40,320 nt of DNA from an uncultured bacterium (GCA_964618335.1 CAZTYI010000003.1:1-40320); one strand, 5' to 3'; positions 28,887 to 38,008 are shown, counted from the first letter of the stretch. The notes: a model not told the origin generated them from the sequence alone. Made by a program: numbers and translations.

Positions 28887-30631
28887 ACTTTAAGAATAGT
28901 CAGTTTTAGTTCTTTTTCTAACAGTTCTAATTTTTGATCAGCACTGGCTATTTTTTGTTTCAGATTTTTTTTATCTGCTATTTCTTTAATTCCTAAATAG
29001 ACTTTAATTTTAGGCTCTGTCCCTGAAGGACGGATGATGATTTTACTTTCATCTTCTAGCCAAAAACTAAGCACATTAGCTTTAGGCAAGGTTAAAAAAG
29101 TTGAAGTTTTTAGTTTCAGGTTATCTTTTTGAGAAGAGAGGTAATCTTCAGTTATTGTGATCGGGATTTTGTTGATTTTAGTGGGTGGTTCTGAACGTAG
29201 GTTTTGCATAGTTTTTTGCATTTGCTCCAGACCTTCCTGTCCCTCGGTAAATTTAATTGAAAACAGCTTTTCGCGGAAAAGTCCGTAAGTTTGATAAAGC
29301 TCTTCTAAAAGATCTACCAGAGTTTTGCCTTCTAGCTTGGCTAAGAGAGCCATTTCTGCGATCAGATAAGCTGCGCTGATCGAATCCTTGTCTCTGACAA
29401 AATCTTTGTATAAATAGCCTAATGATTCTTCAGCTCCTAAAATAAAAGGCCTTTGACCTTCTAACCGTCCAATTTTTTCAGCTATGTATTTAAAGCCGGT
29501 TAAGACATTGCAGCATTCTACTTTGAAAGCAGAGCAAATGGCTTTAAAAAGTTCGGTAGTGACTATGCTTTTGACGCAAAAGCCATTATGAGGCAGCTTT
29601 TTTTGTTTGATCAGAGTTTTTAAAATATAATGAACTAACAAAGAAGCTATCTGGTTGCCTGAAAAAATAACGGCTTGATCTTGATGCAGAGCTACCGCAG
29701 CTACTCTGTCAGCATCGGGATCGGTAGCCAGCAATAAATCATATTTTTTTGCTTTTAGTTCACTGATGCCCATTTCCAAAGCTTTTTCTTCTTCTGGATT
29801 AGGGAAAGGAGCAAAGGGGAAATTACCATCGATGGTGGATTGCTTTTCTACTAAAGAAAAAGAGGTAAAGCCAAAGTCTTTTAAAGCTTTAGGGAGTAGA
29901 GTGATTCCGGTTCCATGCAGGGTGGTATAAAGGATTTTTAGTTTAGAGCCTTCTTTTTTAACGATTTCTGGATAATTATTAACACTTTGCAGCTCTTTTA
30001 AATAAGCCTGATCGACCTCTTCTAAGATTTTATGGATGAGCGGATCATTTGGAGCAGCCAGCTTAATAGTTGAAGGATCTTTTATTTTGTCTAATTCTAA
30101 GAGGATGTTTTGATCATGAGGAGAAAGGATCTGAGCTCCTCCCTGCCAATAGACTTTATAGCCATTGTATTCGGGAGTGTTATGGGAAGCAGTGATCATA
30201 ATAGCTGCTTGGCATCGTTTATATCTGCAGCCGAAAGAAACCAGCGGCGTAGGCCTTAATTCGCTGAACAGAAAAACCTGAATACCGCTAGCTGCTAAAG
30301 TGCAAGCTGCTTCCTGTGCAAATTCTTGTGAGTGATTGCGATTGTCAAAGCCGATCAGAACACTGATTTTAGTTTGAGGAAAGGACTTTTTAAGATGAAG
30401 AGCTAAAGCATGACTCAGTGCCCTGATGGTATACTTATTAAGACGATTAGTGCCGATGCCCATAACAGCTCTAGCACCGCCGGTACCAAAAGAGAGCTTT
30501 TTAAAAAAAGCATTTTTGAGTTCTTGAGGATTTTCTTTGATTAGTCTTCGGATTTCTTTTTTAGTTTTTTCATCATATTGGCCGTTGAGCCAGGAATCGA
30601 TATTTTTTTGAGTGTTAGCGTCAAAACCCAT
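28883..30631 (-). CDS. phosphoglucomutase/phosphomannomutase
   Basis: FGTGGAR, TASHN (phospho-Ser), DPDADR, GAEES, RPSGTEPKIK; probable start ATG 30631 with an AAGGA RBS (ORF track starts at 30703). Confidence 0.93.
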   Translation of the reverse strand: MGFDANTQKNIDSWLNGQYDEKTKKEIRRLIKENPQELKNAFFKKLSFGTGGARAVMGIGTNRLNKYTIRALSHALALHLKKSFPQTKISVLIGFDNRNHSQEFAQEAACTLAASGIQVFLFSELRPTPLVSFGCRYKRCQAAIMITASHNTPEYNGYKVYWQGGAQILSPHDQNILLELDKIKDPSTIKLAAPNDPLIHKILEEVDQAYLKELQSVNNYPEIVKKEGSKLKILYTTLHGTGITLLPKALKDFGFTSFSLVEKQSTIDGNFPFAPFPNPEEEKALEMGISELKAKKYDLLLATDPDADRVAAVALHQDQAVIFSGNQIASLLVHYILKTLIKQKKLPHNGFCVKSIVTTELFKAICSAFKVECCNVLTGFKYIAEKIGRLEGQRPFILGAEESLGYLYKDFVRDKDSISAAYLIAEMALLAKLEGKTLVDLLEELYQTYGLFREKLFSIKFTEGQEGLEQMQKTMQNLRSEPPTKINKIPITITEDYLSSQKDNLKLKTSTFLTLPKANVLSFWLEDESKIIIRPSGTEPKIKVYLGIKEIADKKNLKQKIASADQKLELLEKELKLTILKV

Positions 30632-30662
30632 AAGTCTTTTTCCTTGATTTTCTCTTATCTTT

Positions 30663-31076
30663 TTATGCCAGATCTGTTTGATAGTTTTCCAGCCATTTTT
30701 CAATTTCTGCTTGAGAATGCAAAGTACCTTGATCGATACCAGGACAGCTGGTTTTTAAGTTTTGCCAGCTCTCAGCGGATTTTAAATTATCAGGCCAAAA
30801 GGGAAAAGCCACACATTGAAAAGGACGCACGGGATAAATCAGACATTTTTTATTTTTGAAAAAAATACAGTCGTAAGAAGGTAGGGTTTCTTTCAGGGAA
30901 ATTCTACCATAGGTTTTATAAGTATAAGTTTCTAGAAAAGTGGTTTGATCAAGAGACAGATAATCTGCAATCTTTTTAATTTCAGCTTTTTTGAGCCAGA
31001 CAAAACCAGAAAATCCAGTGCAGCAATTTCCGCAGCCTTGGCAAGTAAAATGCAGTCCTTTTTTATAAATAGACAT
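30663..31076 (-). CDS. YkgJ-family CxxCxxCC cysteine-cluster protein
   Basis: CQGCGNCC, CIFF...CLIYPVRPFQC..FPFWP, CPG. Confidence 0.88.
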   Translation of the reverse strand: MSIYKKGLHFTCQGCGNCCTGFSGFVWLKKAEIKKIADYLSLDQTTFLETYTYKTYGRISLKETLPSYDCIFFKNKKCLIYPVRPFQCVAFPFWPDNLKSAESWQNLKTSCPGIDQGTLHSQAEIEKWLENYQTDLA

Positions 31077-31134
31077 AATTTCAGATGATTTATTTTATTT
31101 TTTTTGTTTTGGCTTGTGACTGGTAAATCTTAAA

Positions 31135-32001
31135 TTAAAGTTCAAAAGATTGAGTTTCCAGTTCCTTCCATTCATCTTTAAATTCAAAGACCTTAACCTC
31201 TAATTTTTTATCTTCTAAAGAGAGTAAATTTAATCTTCCAATCGTATTTAAAGCTGAGCTGCCTGAATCTAAAACAATCGGCAGATGATCTTGTCTATGA
31301 TCTTCAATCGCATGCTCATGGGTATGGCCATGAAGATAAAGAATCACCTCAGGATGTTTTTGTTTTTTCAAAATAGCTGCCAGTGCTTCTTTACGTCTCA
31401 GAGTTTTTCTGGAAGATGTAATGTCTAGAAAGGGAAAATGGTTAACCATGATAATTTTGTCGGAAGAGGGGATTTGGATGAGTAGATTTTTGAGATTTTT
31501 TTCTAGCTGGCAGGAAAATAACCCGTGTGAAGAAAGCAGGCCGGTGGGCAGAGAAGTATCTAACCCGAGATACCAAACGCCTTCTTTAAGAAGATGTGCT
31601 TCCACTCCTTCTTCTTTTAAAGAGAGCAGCTTATGAGGATTATGGTTGGCAAAATACTGATAAAAAAGTTTTTTATTTTGAGCTTCTTTAGTGTAATGAT
31701 CGTGGTTGCCAGGTACAAAAAAGCATTTTATCCCAACTTGTTCCATCTCTTTAAACAGGTTTCTGGCTAGTTTAAACTCTGCTTCCAGAGAAGTAGAACT
31801 GAGATCTCCCGAGACAAAGACATATTCGATATTTTGGCTTTGGAACAGTGCTTTGAGTTTAAAGAGCTGTTCTCCTTCAAAATGAGCTTTTCTTTTTAAA
31901 AAGTAATTTAATTGACCTAGCAGCCGTTTAGAAAAAAAATCGGCTATTTCAAAAGTAGGGACAAAAAGATGTAAATCAGAAATATGAGCAATTTTAAGCA
32001 T
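31135..32001 (-). CDS. calcineurin-like metallophosphoesterase (Icc/CpdA-like)
   Basis: HISDLH, SGD, PGNHD, NHFP, LHGHTH. Confidence 0.9.
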   Translation of the reverse strand: MLKIAHISDLHLFVPTFEIADFFSKRLLGQLNYFLKRKAHFEGEQLFKLKALFQSQNIEYVFVSGDLSSTSLEAEFKLARNLFKEMEQVGIKCFFVPGNHDHYTKEAQNKKLFYQYFANHNPHKLLSLKEEGVEAHLLKEGVWYLGLDTSLPTGLLSSHGLFSCQLEKNLKNLLIQIPSSDKIIMVNHFPFLDITSSRKTLRRKEALAAILKKQKHPEVILYLHGHTHEHAIEDHRQDHLPIVLDSGSSALNTIGRLNLLSLEDKKLEVKVFEFKDEWKELETQSFEL

Positions 32002-32092
32002 GAAAATATATTGACATATTCATCGTGGTTAACGCTAGAAAAAAGTATGGCTAACGTTAAAAATAATAAAGAAAAAAGACTTTTTTTCTTTA

Positions 32093-32353
32093 TTATTTTT
32101 GAGGGCTTTTGTGAGCTCTTTTTCTAAAAACAGGGGTACGTTTTTTCATTTTGTGGTTCTTTTCTTCTAAAGTCGGAGACTCGGGAGTGTGTTCTTCTTT
32201 GGTTTTTCTCTGTTCCAGTTTTTTTTGTTTTTTAATTTGCTTTTCCGATGGCTCTTGTTTTTGAGCTTTTTCTAATTCCTCTTCTCCAGAGGGTGATTCG
32301 TGTTTAGCCATTTGTTTTAAGAACTTATTTAAATTATGCGGTACGTCTTTCAC
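32093..32353 (-). CDS. small charged, Lys-rich hypothetical protein (86 aa)
   Basis: GAGGT RBS before a GTG start, own promoter, fills the intergenic gap. Confidence 0.7.
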   Translation of the reverse strand: MKDVPHNLNKFLKQMAKHESPSGEEELEKAQKQEPSEKQIKKQKKLEQRKTKEEHTPESPTLEEKNHKMKKRTPVFRKRAHKSPQK

Positions 32354-32401
32354 AATTACCTCTTTATTATAGAGACATTACTGTCTCTTTATTAATTATA
32401 T

Positions 32402-32429
32402 ATTATAATAATAGTTAATTAGATTTCAA
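32402..32429 (-). promoter_or_regulatory. promoter of the 86-aa gene
   Basis: TTGAAA(32429-32424)-16 bp-TATAAT(32407-32402); 5'UTR hairpin AGAGACA-GTAA-TGTCTCT at 32371-32388. Confidence 0.55.
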
Positions 32430-32676
32430 GGATAAAAGGATATTAATTACTCCAAAAACGTAATTAAGTAATTACGGCTTAGTTACATCTAAATAACTAA
32501 CCAAAAACCCATTTTTATAAAGCAGAGGAAATTTGGTGTAATTTTGTATTTTTGGTGTAAGAAGTTGATGCTTAATATGATTTGTCTTTTTCAAGGGAGT
32601 GTATGTTCTGATCAAAATTGACATACTCTTTGTGTCTAAAAGCAGAGAGTTTTATGCCTTTGTTGATAAAAATCTT

Positions 32677-33720
32677 TTAAAAATGAGAGAGGCTATTCAA
32701 TTTTAATTGGGTGAAAGCTTTTAAAATATGACTGACTGAAGTGAACTTTTGCCAATGGTTGGGTTTGATTCTTAGAAACTTAAAATTAGGAACCCATTTC
32801 GGAGGAAAGGCTAAGAAGGCCTTTTTCCAGCCTGGCTGCCAGAGAATTAGTCGTTTAGGATCATTAGTAATAATCAAAGTCGGTAGGTTTAAAAGCGAAG
32901 CTAGATGCACTGGCCCTGAGTCGTTCCCAATCAAAGCAGATGACTCGTAAACATAAGAGGCCAGAGCGCTTAAATTAGGAAAAGCGGGTAAGAGAAACCC
33001 TTGCAAGGTAATTTCTTGCCATTCTGCTCTCTCTTCAGGATGCATAATGAAAGCAATTTCATAACCCTGGGCTTTGAGTTTTCGGGCAAACTGCAGATAC
33101 TTTTTTTTATCCCAGGTTCTGGTCGGACAGGTAGAGGTAGGATGAATTAAAAGTCTTTTTTTATACTTTTGAAAATGTAAATGGGCAGGTATTTTTAGAC
33201 CAGTCTCTTTCGTTGGATTTTCCAGCTTAAAAAACTCTTTGCCCATCAACTGCAAACTCTCAACTAAAGGCAGATCTTTATGGCAGATAAAATCATCTTG
33301 ATCCAAAGGCTGATGGCGCTGGGGATTAAAAGCAGCATAGACCAAAGATAATCTTTTCAGTTTTTGGCGATTTTTTTTAAGTTCTTCAACGAAAGGAGTA
33401 TTAGAGTATTGACAGAACACCCAATCGTAACTAGTTAAAGTCTCATAATCGACTGATGGCTTTACCGAGCTCTTTAAGGCAGTAGCATTTTTATCATCGG
33501 TTTTATCTTGATCTTTCCAAATGTTTAAATTCTCAGATTTATTTTTAAAGTTATAATCTGGAAACCACTCTTTCAGTTCTTCTAGATGAGGATTGAAAAT
33601 ATCTACAGTGTAGCCCAATTTAACCAAATGCTGGGCCAAAACAGTCATGATTAGCCCATCGCCCAGCCCTTTGGAAGTAATGACAACAGCTTTCATTTTG
33701 TTATTTTTAGCATTTTTCAT
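32677..33720 (-). CDS. glycosyltransferase family 9 (heptosyltransferase-like)
   Basis: N-terminal GLGDGL, IHP.S..P.R.W, IGNDSGPVHLASLL.LPTL, WQP; start likely at 33720 or 33696 rather than 33786. Confidence 0.85.
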   Translation of the reverse strand: MKNAKNNKMKAVVITSKGLGDGLIMTVLAQHLVKLGYTVDIFNPHLEELKEWFPDYNFKNKSENLNIWKDQDKTDDKNATALKSSVKPSVDYETLTSYDWVFCQYSNTPFVEELKKNRQKLKRLSLVYAAFNPQRHQPLDQDDFICHKDLPLVESLQLMGKEFFKLENPTKETGLKIPAHLHFQKYKKRLLIHPTSTCPTRTWDKKKYLQFARKLKAQGYEIAFIMHPEERAEWQEITLQGFLLPAFPNLSALASYVYESSALIGNDSGPVHLASLLNLPTLIITNDPKRLILWQPGWKKAFLAFPPKWVPNFKFLRIKPNHWQKFTSVSHILKAFTQLKLNSLSHF

Positions 33721-33766
33721 GATAAGAGAACCCTTTCCTTTAGGAGGGGTGATTGATTTATAATGC

Positions 33767-35425
33767 TTAACTCTTATCTTCGCCAATCAGTGCATCGCTA
33801 ATGAGCAGCATGCTGCCGGTAGAGACAGCGTGGATCAGCGAATTTTTAACAACTTTAACGGGATCGATAATGCCGGCTTTTAAAAGATCTTCTATTTTTT
33901 CAGCTTCGACGTTAAAGCCCATGTTTTTATTTTGATCATTCAGAATTCTTTCTAAAAAAAGATGCGGATCGATACCACTATTCTGCATTAAAATTTTTGC
34001 TGGTTCTAAAAGAGCTTTTTGCAAAATCTTGATCCCGATGAGTTCTTCTTCGTTGGTTTCTGCTTTTTTGTCTGATTTTTTAGACGTAGTTTTTTCTATC
34101 TTCTTGTCTATTTTTGACTTTTTTTCTGTCAGAATAAGTTTTTCTAGCTCCGTAGAGGCTCGTAAAAGGCTCACTCCTCCTCCAGCTACAATGCCCTCTT
34201 CTAAAGCAGCTCTAGTCGCTGCTAAACTGTCTTCAAAGATATTTTTTTTATCTTTCAGTTCAGGATCGCTGCCAGCACCTACTCGAATAATAGCCACACC
34301 GCCTTTGAGTTTGGCTTTTCTCTTCTCTAGCTTTTCTTTATCATAGGCATTAGTACTGTTTTCGCTGGCTTTAGCAATTTCTAAAATTCTTTTTTCAACA
34401 GCTTCTTTGTGGCCATTGCCATCGATAAAAGTAGTTGTATCTTTACTGATGAAAACTTTTTGAGCTTTACCTAAATCGCTAAGAATAGCTTTGGTGATAG
34501 TCAGTCCTTTTTCTTCACTATAAAAAGTTCCTCCAGTCAAAATAGCGATATCTTCTAAAACAGCCTTTCTCTCATCTCCAAACGAGGGAGCTTTAATCGC
34601 CGCTACTTTTAAAATCCCTTTAAGCTTGTTAATCACTAAAGCAGCTAGTGCATCGCCTTCGAGATCTTCAGCGATAATCAGCAGTTCTGAACCGATAGCG
34701 GAGACATTTTGTAAAATAGATAGAAGATCATGCACTGAGCTAATTTTTTTATCGGTGATTAAGATATAGGGGTTGTTCATTTCCACAGTTAATTTTTCTA
34801 AATTAGTACAAAAATAGGGACTGATATATCCGCGCTCTATTTCCATACCTTCGACTAATTCTATTTTAGTTTCCAAACCCTTGGCTTCTTCAATTGAAAT
34901 GACCCCATCTTTGCCGACTTTTTGAAAACAGCTAGCAATAATTGATCCGATTTCTTGATTGCCTTTAGCTGAGACAGTAGCGATGTTTTTGGTTTCTTGT
35001 TCACTCTTGACCGGCAAAGCCAAAGCCTTGATAGCTTTGAGTGCTGTTTCCAGTCCTTTTTCTAACCCTTTTTTAATAAAAACAGGACTGGCTCCTCCAG
35101 CGATATTTTTTAGTCCCTCTTTAACTAAAGCAGACATGATTACTAAGCCGGTAGTAATTCCATCGCCGGTATTTTCTTTGATTTTGGCGCTCATTGACTG
35201 AGCTAACTGAACAGCTAGATTTTCAAACTGGTCTCTTAGTTCTATTTCATCAATAATATGATTACTGTCAGAAGTGATTTTAGGAGCTCCGATGGTTCTG
35301 CTTAAAGCAACATGCCTCCCTTTCGGTCCCAGAGTAATATTGATGGTCTCAGAGAGTTTGTCGATGCCATCTGAGAGTTTTAGCCTGGCTTCTTCATCAA
35401 AAACTAAAACTTTAGCGCTGCCCAT
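33767..35425 (-). CDS. groEL: divergent chaperonin GroEL paralog without adjacent groES
   Basis: TLGPKGR, GDGITT, VGKDGVISIEE, GYISPYF, KAPSFGDERK, GGVAIIRVGA, EEGIVAGGG, GIIDPVKVV; no GGM tail. Confidence 0.93.
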   Translation of the reverse strand: MGSAKVLVFDEEARLKLSDGIDKLSETINITLGPKGRHVALSRTIGAPKITSDSNHIIDEIELRDQFENLAVQLAQSMSAKIKENTGDGITTGLVIMSALVKEGLKNIAGGASPVFIKKGLEKGLETALKAIKALALPVKSEQETKNIATVSAKGNQEIGSIIASCFQKVGKDGVISIEEAKGLETKIELVEGMEIERGYISPYFCTNLEKLTVEMNNPYILITDKKISSVHDLLSILQNVSAIGSELLIIAEDLEGDALAALVINKLKGILKVAAIKAPSFGDERKAVLEDIAILTGGTFYSEEKGLTITKAILSDLGKAQKVFISKDTTTFIDGNGHKEAVEKRILEIAKASENSTNAYDKEKLEKRKAKLKGGVAIIRVGAGSDPELKDKKNIFEDSLAATRAALEEGIVAGGGVSLLRASTELEKLILTEKKSKIDKKIEKTTSKKSDKKAETNEEELIGIKILQKALLEPAKILMQNSGIDPHLFLERILNDQNKNMGFNVEAEKIEDLLKAGIIDPVKVVKNSLIHAVSTGSMLLISDALIGEDKS

Positions 35426-35452
35426 AAGAAACTCCTTTTTTTTAGAAAATCT

Positions 35453-35481
35453 AATCTAGCTTGCTTTTTGGAAAAAAGCAA
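35453..35481 (-). promoter_or_regulatory. promoter of the groEL paralog (no CIRCE seen)
   Basis: Minus strand TTGCTT-17 bp-TAGATT, overlapping the inverted repeat TTGCTTTTT-GGA-AAAAAGCAA. Confidence 0.5.
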
Positions 35482-35658
35482 TAGGAGGATTTTCTGAAAA
35501 TTACGCGAATATTGTTTGAAGCTCGAATCCAATGTGCTTTGGTCGTTGGTTGAGCACGTCAAATTAACTGAGGACTTGTTTTTTTAAGGCAACTGAGATA
35601 TTGTGTTAATTGCTTTATAATAAGTAACATAGAAAAAATAAGAATTAACAATAGGTTT

Positions 35659-35736
35659 AAATGGTTTAAATTTAACTTGTGTTATTTAAACCATTTGACT
35701 CAAAAAAACACTTTGAGTTAAAATAGAGTCAAATGG
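35659..35736 (+). promoter_or_regulatory. promoter with interlocking inverted repeats (putative operators) for the Schlafen-like gene
   Basis: 13-bp IR AAATGGTTTAAAT(35659-71)/ATTTAAACCATTT(35684-96); 11-bp IR CCATTTGACTC(35691-701)/GAGTCAAATGG(35726-36); TTGACT-18 bp-TAAAAT. Confidence 0.65.
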
Positions 35737-37091
35737 AGATGATACATATGAGATATCCAGGGGCAGAGTCATCTATCTTAGAGTTTAAAAGAGAGCTTCC
35801 CAAAAATGATCAGATTATCAGAACAATCATAGGTTTTTGCAACCAAAATGGAGGGAAGTTAATCATTGGCATTTCCGATAATGGTGAAATTGAAGGGCTT
35901 AACATCAAAGATTTGGAGCATGCTTTGAATTCAATGGAAAAAGCAATTTTTGAGGCGACCTATCCTCCGATTATTCCTCGTATTTTTTCCAGACGATTTG
36001 AAGAAAAAAATGTACTTGAAATAGAAGTCTCTTCTGGAATGAGTAAGCCTTATTATCGTAAATCAGAAGGCAAAGAAAGAGGTACTTATATACGCCTTGG
36101 GCGAAGTACTTTACGAGCCACCTTCGAATTGATCAAAGAACTCCAATGGCAATCAAGCGGGCTTTCCTTTGAGACAATGCCTCAGTATCAAGCAAATGAG
36201 GAAGAGATTGATCTAAAAAAATTCAGCCATTTCTTAGGGATTAGAAAAAATAAAGGTAAGGCTGAATCAAGTAAGACTATTCTTATGGCTTATAATTTGA
36301 TTTTAGAAGAGCATTCTAAAACCTATCCAACAGCAGCAGGACTTTTGCTTTTTGGAGAAAATCCTCAGAAACTATTGAGCGAAGCGATGATCATCTGCTC
36401 TCATTTTCGCGGAATCGCTGGACGCGAAGCTCTTGCTACCATTGACTGTGAAGGAGATCTTTTCAATCAGTTTCATCAAGCAGAAGATTTTATCTTAAGC
36501 CGGCTTTCGAGTTCTTATACAATTCAGTCATCAAGACGCTCTGAATTATTGGAAATTCCTAAAATTGCCATACGCGAAGCTCTATTAAATGCAATTGTCC
36601 ATCGTAATTATCATCTTAAGGCACCAACTAAAATCGCTATTTATGAAAATAGGATTGAGATCTTCAGTCCTGGTCAATTTCCTGGTCCGTTAGATTTAAA
36701 CAATCTAAGAGCTGGAATTACTTATCTTCGTAATCCAGTAATATGCAAAATTTTTCGTGAAGCTGGATATGTAGAGAAAATTGGATCAGGACTGATTGCG
36801 ATTTTAGATTCCTATGAAAAACAAAATTTAGTTGATCCTCAGCTAATCGAAGGCGAAAATTATGTTAAATGTATTCTTCCTAGAGTCAAAAAACAAAAAA
36901 AATCAATGAACGATTCTGAGAAAATTTTAGCATTATTTGATATATATCCTGAGATAACCCTAGATCAAATTCAGAATGTCTTGTCAGTTTCTCGAACTAC
37001 TGCAACTCGTCGTATAAGCAAATTGATTAGTTTAGGAAAAGTCGTTCGAATTGGTAAAACACGATCAACTCGCTTCTGCCGTTTATCCTGA
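35733..37091 (+). CDS. Schlafen/AlbA_2 domain + HATPase_c_4 (RecG C-terminal-like) + winged-HTH protein
   Basis: ESSILEFK, F.N.NGGKLIIGISD.G, YIRLG, T.AGLLLFG, REALLNAIVHRNY, IEIFSPG, RNPVI..IF, VEKIGSG, C-terminal HTH; alternative start ATG 35748 after GGAG. Confidence 0.85.
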   Translation: MEMIHMRYPGAESSILEFKRELPKNDQIIRTIIGFCNQNGGKLIIGISDNGEIEGLNIKDLEHALNSMEKAIFEATYPPIIPRIFSRRFEEKNVLEIEVSSGMSKPYYRKSEGKERGTYIRLGRSTLRATFELIKELQWQSSGLSFETMPQYQANEEEIDLKKFSHFLGIRKNKGKAESSKTILMAYNLILEEHSKTYPTAAGLLLFGENPQKLLSEAMIICSHFRGIAGREALATIDCEGDLFNQFHQAEDFILSRLSSSYTIQSSRRSELLEIPKIAIREALLNAIVHRNYHLKAPTKIAIYENRIEIFSPGQFPGPLDLNNLRAGITYLRNPVICKIFREAGYVEKIGSGLIAILDSYEKQNLVDPQLIEGENYVKCILPRVKKQKKSMNDSEKILALFDIYPEITLDQIQNVLSVSRTTATRRISKLISLGKVVRIGKTRSTRFCRLS

Positions 37092-37192
37092 CTATTTTAA
37101 CATGCTAGTTAAAATAGTTGGAGTTAACTCTCTAAGAATAAGCAATATAATGAAAATAGAAATAATTAATTTAATGTATCAGGAACTGATAA

Positions 37193-38008
37193 TCAAAGGC
37201 TTTTTTTATAAAGCACATTTTTCTTCGTCTTCAAAATCTTCGCTGCCAGTTTCAGAGCTTCTTTATTAGTTAAAGAAAACTTCTCTTTAAGAATATTTAA
37301 CAGCTCTTCCAGCTCGATGTTTTCATTTTCCAAAGGATATTCTCTTTCTTCGATCAGCAGTACAATTTCGCCTTTCAGCGGATGATTAGCATCAGAAAAA
37401 TATTCAATCAGTTCTTCAGCAGTGCCTTGCACAGACTCTTCAAACACTTTAGTCATTTCTCTAACTACCGATATTTTTCTTTCGGGATCTAGTTTTTTCA
37501 AAAGTTTTAAAGATGCAATCAACCGATGAGGTGATTCAAAAGCAATCGAAGTTCCGCTGTAAGAAAGCATTTGTAAAATTTGTTTTTTTAATTCTCCAGC
37601 CTTTCTTTTTAAAAACCCTCTGAACTGAAAAGGTATGCTTTGAAAGCCAGAAAGTACTAATGCATTAATAGGACTGCAAGCTCCAGGCAATGCAGTGAAG
37701 GGCAGTTTTTGTTTGATACAGGCTTGTACTAAGCTTTCTCCTGGATCAGAGATCAATGGGGTTCCTGCATCAGACAAAAGAGCGATGTTTTTATCTGCTT
37801 TAAGATCAGCTAGAATGTTTGCTTCTTTTTTTTGTTCAGAGAATTTTTCAAAGCTAATGCATTTTTTAGAAATTTTGAAATGTGAAAGTAAAATTTGAGT
37901 TTTGCGGGTATCTTCAGCTAATACGTAATCGCAGGATTTTAGAATGGTTAGAGCTCTCAGTGTGATGTCTTCTAAGTTTCCGATTGGAGTAGCGATCAGG
38001 TATAGCAT
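37193..38008 (-). CDS. rsmI: 16S rRNA (cytidine1402-2'-O)-methyltransferase
   Basis: MLYLIATPIGNLEDIT.RA, AEDTR, SDAGTPLISDPG, FESPHR, REMTK.FEE, KGEIVL. Confidence 0.97.
   Translation of the reverse strand: MLYLIATPIGNLEDITLRALTILKSCDYVLAEDTRKTQILLSHFKISKKCISFEKFSEQKKEANILADLKADKNIALLSDAGTPLISDPGESLVQACIKQKLPFTALPGACSPINALVLSGFQSIPFQFRGFLKRKAGELKKQILQMLSYSGTSIAFESPHRLIASLKLLKKLDPERKISVVREMTKVFEESVQGTAEELIEYFSDANHPLKGEIVLLIEEREYPLENENIELEELLNILKEKFSLTNKEALKLAAKILKTKKNVLYKKSL

Noticed and set aside
37051-37269. 72-aa ORF downstream of the Schlafen-like gene as a partner gene
   Set aside because: It overlaps both neighbours, has no clear RBS and no motif.
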